A stretch of 64,000 bases of DNA from an uncultured Verrucomicrobiae bacterium (GTDB lineage Bacteria > Verrucomicrobiota > Verrucomicrobiia > Chthoniobacterales > Chthoniobacteraceae). Position 1 is the first letter of the stretch; each line of letters opens with the position of its first letter. The stretch is taken from the NCBI GenBank assembly GCA_963769025.1, contig CAVYKI010000003.1:192001-256000 (forward strand). Direction: 5' to 3'. The notes under the pieces were generated by a model that saw nothing but the letters and a program-made list of their open reading frames with translations, searched no databases and was not told where the DNA came from. A program made the position numbers and the translations under genes. This document shows positions 54,679-64,000 of this stretch, in pieces.

Positions 54679-54815
54679 GCCGCATTTTCGGGCAATCGGG
54701 CTTTCGCGCTTGCGCCGCAGGCGGTGGTTGGGAAATGTCTCCGGTTCCCGGCCGGGACCATGTTTCCGGGCTTCCGGGTTGACCCACTTTTTCACCACCG
54801 AAACACCGCCCTGCC

Positions 54816-55945
54816 ATGCCCGTTGTCGCAAAAGGTCTCGAAGGAATCATCGCCAACTCCACCCGTCTCTCCGACGTGCTCGGAGACGTCGGCCAGCTCA
54901 TCTACGCGGGCTACGACATCAATGAACTCGCGGGAAAAGTGTCCTTCGAGGAGGTCATCCACCTCCTGTGGTACGGCGAACTCCCGAACTGGCGCCAGCT
55001 CAACACGCTGACCGAGGAGCTGCGCAGCCACCGCGAGCTTCCCCGTGGCGTCATCGATTTCCTCACCTCGGCCCCGAAGGACGCGGGACCCGATGGATGT
55101 GATCCGCACCGCGATCTCGATGCTCGGCCTCTACGATCACCATCTCGATGACACCTCGGTGGATCGCAATCGCGAGCGCGCCATCAGCATCACCGCGCGG
55201 ATTTCCGTCATCGCCGCGTACTACCACCGCGCGCGCATGGGCAAGAAGCTCCTCCCCATCCGCAAGGATCTCGGCGAAGCCGCGCACTTCCTCTACCTGC
55301 TCACCGGCGAAGAGCCGAGCGCCGAGGCCGCGCAGACGCTCGACGTCGCCTACGTGCTCCACGCCGACCACGGCATGAACGCCTCAACGTTCAGCGCGCG
55401 CGTCACCATCGCGACGCTGACGCGACATGTATTCCGCCATCACCTCCGCGATCGGCACGCTGAAAGGCCCGCTGCACGGCGGCGCGAACGAAGGCGTCAT
55501 CCACATGCTCCAGGAGATCGGCAGCGAGGCGAATGTGGACGCATGGGTGGACAACGCGCTCGCGCAGAAAAAGAAGATCATGGGCATCGGCCACCGCGTC
55601 TACAAGGTGCTCGACCCGCGCGCGCCGCACCTCCGCGCGATGGCCATCAAGCTCACGGAAAAGCACGGCGAGCCGAAATGGCTGCGCATGAGCGAGCGCA
55701 TCGCGACGATCATGAAGGAGAAGAAGGATCTGAATGCGAACGTCGATTTCTACAGCGCCACGGTCTATTACTCGCTCGGCCTGCCGACGGACATGTTCAC
55801 GCCCATCTTCGCCATCTCGCGCACCGCGGGCTGGACCGGCCACGTCCTCGAACAGCTCGCCGACAACCGCCTCTACCGCCCGCTCAGCGAATACACCGGC
55901 CCGGCCGTCGGCAAAAAGGTCGTCCCGCTCGCGATGCGGGAATAG
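54816..55945 (+). CDS. gltA: Citrate synthase; frameshifts near 55085 and 55421
   Basis: KGLEG, LHADHGMNASTFSAR, LKGPLHGGANE, MGIGHRVYK, ANVDFYS. Confidence 0.94.
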
Positions 55946-55960
55946 TCGGCGTCAGCGGCG

Positions 55961-57100
55961 CTATTCCGCGTCGGCGCCCTTCCCGTCCTTCTCCTTTTCC
56001 TTCCGCTCCTCGCGGCCGCGCTCGATGGCCTTCTTGCCATCCGGCTTCGGAAATTTCGCGAGCTTCCCGCGGACGATCTCCGCGCGCAGCGTGTCGCGCT
56101 CCTCAGCCTGCAGTTTTTGCTGCGAACTTTTCTGCAGGTGCGCCGGCTGCGTCTCCATGAAGAGCTGATCCACCAGCAGCCGCCCTTCCTCCGGGAAAAA
56201 GCCGAGGTCCGTGCCGAGCTTCAGGCAGCTCAGCAAATTCAGCGCTTCCTTGCTCGCCATGCTGTGCGCGTGGCGGAGGATTCCGTACGCGCGCCCGATG
56301 TTGTCGAGCAGCAGCGTCGCCCGCTTGTCGAGGAGGCTCGCCCGCGCGTTCTGCTCGTGCTGGAGGATCTGCTCGATGACCTTGTTCAGCCGCATGAGGA
56401 TCTCGTCCTCCTTTTCGCCGAGCGTCGTCTGGTTGGAGATCTGGAAAAGATTCCCGAGCGCCTCCGTGCCCTCGCCGTAAAGCCCGCGCACGGCGAGCCC
56501 GACCTTGTTCACCGCGCCGATGACCTGGTTGATCTGCTCGCTCAGCACGAGGCCCGGCAGATGCATCATCGCGCTCGCGCGCATCCCGGTGCCGACATTC
56601 GTCGGGCACGCGGTGAGAAATCCGTACTGCTGGTGAAATGCGAAATCGAGCCGCTCGCCGAGCGCCGTGTCCACCTTGTCCACGAGCTTGAAGACGTTCC
56701 TCAGCTGCAGCCCGCTGCGGATGCCCTGGATGCGCAGGTGGTCCTCCTCGTTGATCATCACCGAAAGCGTCTGCTTGCGGTTCATCACCACCGCCGAGCC
56801 GATGCCCTTCGCCGCGTGCTCGCGCGAGACGAGGTGCCGCTCCACGAGCACCTGCTTTTCCAGCGCGCTGAGATCCTGCGAATACGCCGAATACGCATCC
56901 GCCATCTCCGGCAGCGACTCCACCTGCGGCTTCACGCATTCGAGCACCGCGATGCGGTCCGCCTTCTTCGCCCAGCCGGGGAATGAAAAGTTGCGCAGGT
57001 TCCGCGCGAGCCGCACGCGGCTGCTGATGACGATGTGGCTCTGCGGCCCGTCGCCGCTCAGCCACTCGCCGGATTCCGTGAGGATGTTGTGCAGCGCCAT
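55961..57100 (-). CDS. mcsB: Protein-arginine kinase
   Basis: ISSRVRLARNL, LVERHLVS, MINEEDHLR, CPTNVGTGMRAS, VRGLYGEG, QISNQTTLG. Confidence 0.95.
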   Translation of the reverse strand: MALHNILTESGEWLSGDGPQSHIVISSRVRLARNLRNFSFPGWAKKADRIAVLECVKPQVESLPEMADAYSAYSQDLSALEKQVLVERHLVSREHAAKGIGSAVVMNRKQTLSVMINEEDHLRIQGIRSGLQLRNVFKLVDKVDTALGERLDFAFHQQYGFLTACPTNVGTGMRASAMMHLPGLVLSEQINQVIGAVNKVGLAVRGLYGEGTEALGNLFQISNQTTLGEKEDEILMRLNKVIEQILQHEQNARASLLDKRATLLLDNIGRAYGILRHAHSMASKEALNLLSCLKLGTDLGFFPEEGRLLVDQLFMETQPAHLQKSSQQKLQAEERDTLRAEIVRGKLAKFPKPDGKKAIERGREERKEKEKDGKGADAE

Positions 57101-57102
57101 GG

Positions 57103-57600
57103 CTAGGTCCCTCCGGCGTTGCCCGGCTCGAACTGCTTGATCTTGTCGCGCAGTTCCGCGGCCGTCTCGTATTTCTCGTCGTCCACCGCCTTGCGCAGTT
57201 CGCGCTGCAGCCGCTTCAGTTCCTCCGCGTGCTGGCGCGCCTTCAGCAGACGCTGCGGCACCTTGCCGACGTGCGTCGTGCCCTTGTGCATGCCCTTCAG
57301 CATCGCCTCGAGCCCCTCGGCGAAGACCTCGTAGCAATTCGAGCAGCCAAAGCGCCCCGTCTTCTTGAAATCCGCCTGGCTGAACCCGCACATCGGGCAC
57401 TTCTGCCCCACGCCGCTGCGCTCCATCTCCTCCGACGCGCCGAGCCCGAGCAGCATGTCCGCGAGCGCAAATCCCTTCGGATCCGTCACGCCCTTCTCCT
57501 TCGAGCAGCCGTCGCACAGGTTCACCTTCTGCATCTTCCCATCCACGATCTGGGTGAGAAATACCGTGGCTGTCTTCTGTTTGCAGACGTCGCAGTTCAT
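57103..57600 (-). CDS. mcsA: McsA (zinc finger plus UvrB/UvrC motif) kinase activator
   Basis: Four CxxC pairs, HVGKVP, EKYETAAELRDKI. Confidence 0.93.
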   Translation of the reverse strand: MNCDVCKQKTATVFLTQIVDGKMQKVNLCDGCSKEKGVTDPKGFALADMLLGLGASEEMERSGVGQKCPMCGFSQADFKKTGRFGCSNCYEVFAEGLEAMLKGMHKGTTHVGKVPQRLLKARQHAEELKRLQRELRKAVDDEKYETAAELRDKIKQFEPGNAGGT

Positions 57601-57673
57601 TCCGAGGAAAAGATGGAACCGTCCCCGCCAAGGTCAAGCACTTCGCGCGACCGGAGGCGGAAACGGCGCGCGC

Positions 57674-58558
57674 CTATTCGTAAACCGGCGTCCCCGTCGA
57701 GTGCGCGATCTCGCGGAATTTCGCGACCACGCGCTTCGTGATCGGCCCCGGCTTCCCGTCGCCGAGCACCCGCTGATCCAGCTTCACCGCCGCGATGACC
57801 TCCGCCGCCGTGCCGGTGAGGAAGCACTCGTCCGCCGTGTAAATGTCGTGCCGCGTGAGATCGCGCTCGCGCAGCGGGATGCCGAGCGCCTCCGCGATTT
57901 CAAACACCACGCGCCGCGTGATTCCATCCAGCGCCCCCGCGCTCAGCGGCGGCGTGGAGATCGCACCGTCGCGAATCACGAAGATGTTGTCGCCCGTGCA
58001 TTCCGCCACGAGCCCCTGGTCGTTCAGCATCAGCCCTTCCTCCGCGCCCGCCTGGATCGCCTCCACCTTCGCCATGATGTTGTTGAGGTAGTTCAGCGAC
58101 TTCACCTGCGGCGGCAGGATGTCGTGCCGCGGACGCCGCGTCGCCACCGTCGCCATCACCAGCCCGTTTTCATAAGCGCTCTCGGGATAGAGCTGGATGC
58201 TCGCCGCGATGATGAACACGGACGGCTTCGGGCACTTGTAAGGCGAAAGCCCCATCGGCCCCACGCCACGCGTCACCACCGTGCGGATGTAACCATCGCG
58301 AAGCCCGTTCGCCTTCACCGTCTCCACCGTCGCGCGCATCATCTCCTCCGGCGTCATCGGGATGTTCAGCAGCAGCGCCTTCGCGCTGTCAAAAATCCGC
58401 CGCGTGTGCTCCTCGAGCCGGAAGACGCGCCCATTGTAAAACCGGATCCCCTCAAAGCACCCGTCGCCATAAAGCAGCCCATGGTCGAACACGGAAACCT
58501 TCGCCTGCGATTCAGGCACAATCTTTCCGTCGAGGTAAATGAGCAGTTCTTTGGTCAT
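57674..58558 (-). CDS. ilvE: Branched-chain amino acid aminotransferase
   Basis: DHGLLYGDGCFEGIR, VKSLNYLNN, ECTGDNIF, LDGITR, DECFLTGTAAEV. Confidence 0.95.
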   Translation of the reverse strand: MTKELLIYLDGKIVPESQAKVSVFDHGLLYGDGCFEGIRFYNGRVFRLEEHTRRIFDSAKALLLNIPMTPEEMMRATVETVKANGLRDGYIRTVVTRGVGPMGLSPYKCPKPSVFIIAASIQLYPESAYENGLVMATVATRRPRHDILPPQVKSLNYLNNIMAKVEAIQAGAEEGLMLNDQGLVAECTGDNIFVIRDGAISTPPLSAGALDGITRRVVFEIAEALGIPLRERDLTRHDIYTADECFLTGTAAEVIAAVKLDQRVLGDGKPGPITKRVVAKFREIAHSTGTPVYE

Positions 58559-58752
58559 GCGGGTCGCGGACGGTGGCAGCGTGCGCGCCGAATTCAAGCG
58601 GCGACATGCAAAACGCCCGAAAGACTGCCGCCCCGTTACGCTCCCAAAGCAACGCGCCCCGGCAGGATCGACGCCGGCCGCTTCACGTGGCCGAACGATT
58701 GACCCACCCCCTCCCCTTTGCTTATCCACTCCCGGCGGCTCCCCCTTTCCGC

Positions 58753-61605
58753 ATGGCCACTCCCCAGACCGAAATCCTCATCACAGTCTCCGGCACCGAA
58801 CACGGCCGCCACATCCTTCCGCCCGGCGTTTACGTCCTCGGCCGCAACCCCGACTGCGACATCCGCGTGGACGCCGACCTCGTCTCCCGCCGGCACGCGC
58901 AGCTCACGCTCAATTTCGACAACGCCCTCATCGAAGACCTCGGCAGCAGCAACGGCACGCTCGTGAACGGCAAGCCCGTCGCCGGGAACACGCGGCTGTG
59001 GCCCAACCAGAAAATCCAGATCGGCGCCGCCACCATCGAGCTGCACCGGCTGAAGACCGAGTCCACCCCCGACATGTCGCTCGCCCCGACCGCCGAGGTC
59101 GTGCAGCGCGTGCTGCCGGAGGAGTTCCTGCGGGAGAAAAAATACGACATCGGCGGAGTCGTCGCGCAGGGCGGCATGGGTGCCATCCTCGACGCCAAGG
59201 AAGCCACCATCGGCCGCACCGTCGCCATGAAGGTGATGCTCGACTCGAATTCCCCCGACGACCTCCTGCGCTTCATCCACGAGGCCAAGGTCACCGGCCA
59301 GCTCGACCATCCCAACATCGTCCCCGTCTATGAGCTGAGCGTGGATGAAAACGGCCAGGTCTTCTACACCATGAAAATGGTGCGCGGCATCACCTTGAAA
59401 AAGGTGATCGAACTGCTCGCCGCGGGCACCGAGGCCACGGTGAAAAAGTATCCCGCTCCCCGTGCTGCTCACCGTCTTCCAGAAGGTCTGCGACGCGCTC
59501 GCCTTTGCGCACAGCAGGCACGTCATCCACCGCGACCTGAAGCCGGAAAATATCATGCTCGGCGACTTCGGCAGCGTGCTCGTCATGGACTGGGGGCTGG
59601 CGAAGATCCTCGGCAAAAAGGACGCGCCTTCCGCGGGCAACGTCGCATCGGCGCGCGACTCCGCGCCTGCCTTGGATGCCACGATGGCCGGCACCATCAT
59701 GGGCACGCCGCAATACATGGCCCCCGAGCAGGCGCGCGGCGAGGTGGAGACGATGGACCACCGCGCGGACATCTACGCGCTGGGCGCGATCCTCTACACC
59801 ATCCTCGCCCTGCGCCCGCCCGTGGAGGGCACCGACGCCTGGGACATCGTCGGCAAAGTCGGCCGCGGCGAGATCGACCCCTTGGTAGGGCCGCCTCGCC
59901 GAGGCGGCCCACTTCCCGCCTCGTCCTCTCACGCAAACGCGAAAGCAAGCGTGGGCGCGCCCGGCGGTCGCGCCCTACCCCGCAGCGTCATCCCCGAGTC
60001 GCTCGCCGCCGTGGTGAAGAAGGCCATGGCCCTCCACCCGTCCGCGCGCTACCGCAGCGTCGAGGAGCTGCAGGCCGACATCCTCGCCTACCAGAACGGC
60101 TTCGCCACCGGCGCGGAGCGGGCCGGCTGGTTCAAGCGCGCCAGCCTCGCCATCAAGCGCAACAAGGCCGCCTCCATCGGCGTCGCCGCGGTGCTGCTCA
60201 TCGGCGGCGGGTTCGGCACGAAGGCCCTCCTCGAAGGCCGCCGCGCCGAGCAGGCCCTCGCCGACTTGAAAAAGAGCGCCCCCGCGCTGCTCCAGCTCGC
60301 CGAGAGCGAAGCCGACTCCCAGCGCTTCGACAGCGCGCTGGGAGAAGCTCGACGCCGCCCTCGCGCTGGACCCCGCGCTCCACCGCGCCCGCTGGCAGCG
60401 CGCGTGGGTGCTCCTCGCCCTGGAGCGCTGGAGCGAAGCCGCCGACGCCCTGCGCCTCGCGCAACAACACGACCCGGCCGGCGCGAAGCTCGCCAGCATC
60501 CTCCCCGCCGTGGAGAAAGTCGCCGCCGCCCCCGAGGCCGGGCGGTGGAAAAGCGACGCCGCCCGCGAGGTCTTCGCGCATCTGCAAACCGTCGCAGCCA
60601 CCGGCCCCGCGCTCGCCTTCTCGGGCAAGCTCAAGCTCGGTGCCGAGGAGCGGCGCAAGCTCGCCGACCAGCGCCTGCTCGCGGCCTTGGGTAAAGGGAA
60701 CTACACCAAATTCAGCGTAGACAATGATGGCCTTGTTGCCGTCGACGTGAATGGCAGACCGCTCCGGTCTCTTGAAGCCTTTCGAGGGCTTGCCAATCGA
60801 CAATCTAAATGCCAGCGTACCACACTCATTACCGACCTGGAGCCGTTGCGCGGGATGCGCCTCCAAGTGCTGTCCATCGAAGCTTGCAAGGCATCACGGA
60901 CCTTACACCACTTCGCGGAATGCCACTGCGCTCGCTGAACCTTGAATGCTACTCCTGTCCGCGATCTTTCACCGCTCGTTGGCATGAAGCTGTCAAAGCT
61001 CAACGCGTTCAACAGCCAGGTCGCCGATCTCACGCCGCTGGCCGGAATGCCACTCACGATTCTGGATCTCTCAGGCACGCCGGTTACTCGAATCGAAGCA
61101 CTCCGCGGCATGCCACTCACCAACTTGAAGGTCAGTTCGCGCGTTGTGGATTACTCCCCGTTGAAAGGCGCACCTCTCCAGGCCCTCTTCATCCAGGGGT
61201 GCAAACATCCCGATCTCTCCTTCGCCAAAGGAATGCCGCTACGCTCACTTTTCGCTCCCAGTTCAAGCTTTTCTAACATTGAGGGGCTGCGTGGGCTGCC
61301 GCTCGAAGACCTCAATTTGTCCTACACACCCGTCACCGACCTCTCCCCATTGGCAGGGCGCCGTTGAAAGATTGAACCTTCGCGGCTGCAGGAAGCTCAC
61401 CGATTACACCCCGGTGCTCACGCTGCCCCGGCTCGAACGGCTGCATTGCGACGTGCTGCCCGCGGCCCTGCTGCCGCTGCGCGAGAGCGCGACCTTGCAG
61501 AGCATCGAAGCCGACGCCTACCCCGGCGAAGGCTCCCAAGGCGCGCGCCCCGTCGCCGATTTCTGGCGCGCCTACGACGCCCACCAGGCGGCGCAGAAGA
61601 AGTGA
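58753..61605 (+). CDS. FHA domain - Ser/Thr protein kinase - TM - TPR-like - LRR protein (~950 aa after repairing several frameshifts)
   Basis: FHA (LGR, VSRRHA, DLGSSNGT); kinase (QGGMG, VAMK, HRDLKPEN, DWG, YMAPE); hydrophobic segment; about ten ~21-aa repeats of type V.DLSPL.GMPL..L.L. Pieces lie in successive frames. Confidence 0.85.
59884..59979. repeat. GTAG-type REP doublet (REPIN-like), in frame inside the kinase domain
   Basis: GGTAGGGCCGCCTCGCCGAGGCGGCCC (59884-59910) and, inverted, GGTAGGGCGCGACCGCCGGGCGCGCCC (59953-59979); total length 96 bp. Confidence 0.75.
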
Positions 61606-61646
61606 GCCCGGCTTGCCTTTGCGAGCGTGAACGGTAGGTTTCGCCC

Positions 61647-61856
61647 ATGAGCTTCAGTGAGATTCTCGATGAATTGCCGCATCTCAGTCCGCAGGAGCGG
61701 CTGCGTGTGGCGGAGCAGGCGCTGGCGCTGGATGCGCTCTCCGCAGAGGATGAATCAGTCGTCCGGGAGCGGCTTGCCGAACATGACCGGGCACCGGGGA
61801 CGGCGATTCCTCTGGATGATTTCCTCGCGCAGTTGCGCACGCGCCACGGGCTGTGA
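61647..61856 (+). CDS. Addiction-module antitoxin
   Basis: 69 aa, LSPQERL...VRERLAE...AIPLDDF pattern; GTGA overlap with the toxin gene. Confidence 0.8.
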   Translation: MSFSEILDELPHLSPQERLRVAEQALALDALSAEDESVVRERLAEHDRAPGTAIPLDDFLAQLRTRHGL

Positions 61857-62161
61857 GCTGGCGTGTGGTGGTGCGTCCGGAGGTCCGTGTGGATCTCGAC
61901 GAAGCAGCAGCGTGGTATGATGGCCAGCGCGCCGGGCTGGGAAGGGAGTTTGTCGCGGCAGTGGCGGGCGTTTTTCCTGAGTTGTCGGAGAACCCGTTTC
62001 TGAATTCGCGACGGCATCCCACGCGGCACATCCGCTGGCGCTACCCCGAGCGCTTCCCGTATCGGATCATCTATCGTGTGGATGAAGCAGACAATGCCGT
62101 GGTGATCGTGGCCGTCCTGCACGCCGCAAGACATGACCGCCGCTGGCGTGAGCGGCTGTAA
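61853..62161 (+). CDS. RelE/ParE family toxin
   Basis: DLDEAAAWYD..RAGLGREF, RFPYRIIY, IVAVLHAAR. Confidence 0.9.
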   Translation: MSWRVVVRPEVRVDLDEAAAWYDGQRAGLGREFVAAVAGVFPELSENPFLNSRRHPTRHIRWRYPERFPYRIIYRVDEADNAVVIVAVLHAARHDRRWRERL

Positions 62162-62268
62162 CGAATTCGCCGAACACTCCACGGGCGCCCACGCTGCTCC
62201 GGCTCGAACGGCTGCATTGCGGCGTGCTGCCCCGTCGAAGGCCCAACGCGCGCGCGCCGACGCAGCGT

Positions 62269-62964
62269 TCAGCCGGCCACGGGCGCCGCTCCGTCCACGA
62301 TGAGGCCGTCGCGCATTTCCAGCGTGCGGTCGCCGCGCCGGGCGAGCGCGCGGTCGTGCGTCACCACCACGAGCGTTTTCTTTTCGGCACGCACGAGATT
62401 CAGCAGCAGTTCCACGATGCTGCCGCCAGTGGCGGAGTCGAGATTGCCCGTCGGTTCGTCGGCGAAGATGACCTCGGGATCGTTGATGAGCGCGCGCGCG
62501 ATGGCCACGCGCTGCTGTTCGCCGCCGCTGAGTTCCGCGGGCAGATGCTGCAGCCGTTCGCCGAGCCCCACGCGCCCCAGCGCGGCCTCCGCCGCGGCCT
62601 GCCGCCCGTTGCCGCCGATGAGCGCGGGGAGCATCACATTTTCCAGCGCCGTGAGCTCCGGCAGCAGGTGATAGGCTTGGAAAATGAAGCCGAACTTCGT
62701 GTTCCGCAGCTTCGCGAGATTCGCCTCGGACTGCGAATACACGTCGGTGTCGCCAAATTTCACGACGCCTTTCTCGGGACGTTCGAGGCCGGCGAGCGTG
62801 TAGAGCAGCGTGCTTTTTCCAGCGCCGCTCGCGCCGCAGAGGAAGAGCGATTCGCCCGGCGTGATGTCGAGCGTGATGCCGCGCAGCACCTCGATGGTGC
62901 GTTCGCCCATCTTGAACGAGCGGAAAAGTTCGCGTGCGGAAATGTGGGCGGCTGGCTGGTTCAT
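62269..62964 (-). CDS. ABC transporter ATP-binding protein (LolD-like)
   Basis: GASGAGKST, GFIFQAYHLLPELTALENV, LSGGEQQRVAIARAL, ADEPTGNLD, VTHD. Confidence 0.92.
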   Translation of the reverse strand: MNQPAAHISARELFRSFKMGERTIEVLRGITLDITPGESLFLCGASGAGKSTLLYTLAGLERPEKGVVKFGDTDVYSQSEANLAKLRNTKFGFIFQAYHLLPELTALENVMLPALIGGNGRQAAAEAALGRVGLGERLQHLPAELSGGEQQRVAIARALINDPEVIFADEPTGNLDSATGGSIVELLLNLVRAEKKTLVVVTHDRALARRGDRTLEMRDGLIVDGAAPVAG

Positions 62965-63126
62965 CGTGCGGCGCGCACCGTAAGCGCCGCCGCGCGCAGC
63001 GGCAACCCCTGTGATGTGCGAGCGAGCTGGAACGAAGTGCGGAAAGAATCATGCACTCGCGCCGAAGCGTCTCATCCGGAGTCGCGAAATGTGCCCCGGT
63101 CGGAAGCCCCGACCGACAGGCCGTGG

Positions 63127-64000
63127 CTATTGCAGCTTCGGAATGCCCTTGAGCGCGTCCTGAATCTGCTTTTGCACCTGCGCCTCGATGTCGTCACCGA
63201 TGGCGTCCGGGGCCTTCTTTGCGGCGGGATCCGGCGCACCGTCGCCGCCGCTCCAGTCGAGGCCTTCGGTGAAAATCTTCACCACGCTGCCTGCCGCCGC
63301 GGGCTGGACCATGATCGTCAGCTTCGCATCGCCCTGCTCGCGCTTGAGGATCGCACTCTTTTTCCCCATCAGATTCCCCGCGCCGTCCTTCCAGCCCTGC
63401 GCTTTCAGGTTCGCCGAAAACTCCTTTGCAACCGTCTCGACCGGCGACGCGCTGGAAAACTGGATCTGCTTCACGAGCGCTTTGAATTCCACATCGGTCG
63501 CGTCCTTCGGGAAGGGCAGCTTCCGCGCGGGGATGAGCGGACCGGCCGCAGCCTTGGGCGCCTTGATCGCCGGTTCGCGCGGTTCGTTCGCAGCCGGCTT
63601 TGGCGCCGCCGCAGGAGCGTTGCGCAGCTTCGCCGGCAGGGGCGCGGCGAATGTCAGTTCCACCTCCCACTTTTCGCCAAACGTATCGAGTTCCTTCCCC
63701 GTGCTGACACGCCCGCTCACATTCCCGCCCGCGATCTTAAAATCGACCATCTTGATCTCGCCGAGCGAGTTGAACCCCTGCTTCTCGTGCGCGCTGTGGG
63801 CCACCTGGCAGCCGAAAATCCCGCCATCGTGAAACACGCGCAGGATCAGCGCGCTGCCGAGCTTCCCGAACACCGCGTCGAACCCGGGCTTCTTCGCCTT
63901 CGCAGGATCCTTCTCCGTGAAAATCAGCGAGATCGCCTCCTTGTCGTTGAACGGCTCGTGTTCCTCCACCGTCACGAACTTGATCGCCGCGTTCTTGCCG
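63127..64000 (-). CDS. Hypothetical protein (5' end outside window)
   Basis: Frame is open to the window edge; normal codon usage; Pro/Ala linker between domains. Confidence 0.75.
   Translation of the reverse strand, partial: GKNAAIKFVTVEEHEPFNDKEAISLIFTEKDPAKAKKPGFDAVFGKLGSALILRVFHDGGIFGCQVAHSAHEKQGFNSLGEIKMVDFKIAGGNVSGRVSTGKELDTFGEKWEVELTFAAPLPAKLRNAPAAAPKPAANEPREPAIKAPKAAAGPLIPARKLPFPKDATDVEFKALVKQIQFSSASPVETVAKEFSANLKAQGWKDGAGNLMGKKSAILKREQGDAKLTIMVQPAAAGSVVKIFTEGLDWSGGDGAPDPAAKKAPDAIGDDIEAQVQKQIQDALKGIPKLQ

Larger units (their letters stand above)
61419..62232 (+). repeat. 43-bp direct repeat pair (61419-61461 and 62190-62232) bracketing the kinase tail and TA module
   Basis: CACGCTGC(C/T)CCGGCTCGAACGGCTGCATTGCG(A/G)CGTGCTGCCC, 41 of 43 bases identical. 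Confidence 0.9.

Noticed and set aside
61419..62232. Diversity-generating retroelement TR/VR pair
   Set aside because: The mismatches are not adenine-specific, the repeat is short, and no reverse transcriptase is in the window.

Overview
High-GC bacterial chromosomal window. The gene repertoire (PEP-CTERM protein, DUF1800/DUF1501 pair, mcsA-mcsB, FHA-kinase-LRR protein, DUF5069) suggests Verrucomicrobiota, probably Chthoniobacterales; this is inference only. In order it carries: the start of an arsenic-methylation/arsenosugar-type operon (flavin disulfide reductase, ArsM-like methyltransferase, DUF5069, ArsS radical SAM, fatty-acid hydroxylase); housekeeping genes (pyrF, purA, uppS, hisS, recF); a phosphate locus (PiT transporter, porin, PhoU fused to a Cys-depleted ArsC-like domain, pstSCAB1B2, Pho-box-like repeats); bioB, tRNA-Val(GAC), deaD, rpsN, sixA, fabG, and prfB with its programmed frameshift; a ~2170-aa DUF1800 protein with DUF1501; a GH2-like glycosidase; nirK-nirV-sco; gltA, mcsAB, ilvE; and an FHA-Ser/Thr kinase-TM-LRR protein followed by a RelE/ParE toxin-antitoxin pair. 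About ten genes are broken by frameshifts, mostly single extra bases, which are most likely long-read errors. Best leads: (1) the receptor-like kinase locus, with a low-GC LRR block, a decayed copy of its own 3' end beyond the TA pair, and a 96-bp GTAG-type REP doublet inserted in frame in the kinase domain; (2) two PstB paralogues with complementary motif losses, implying one active and one degenerate ATP site; (3) the PhoU-pseudo-ArsC fusion; (4) the ars operon coupled to a desaturase; (5) the DUF1800-DUF1501-GspG-like operon with inserted repeats.
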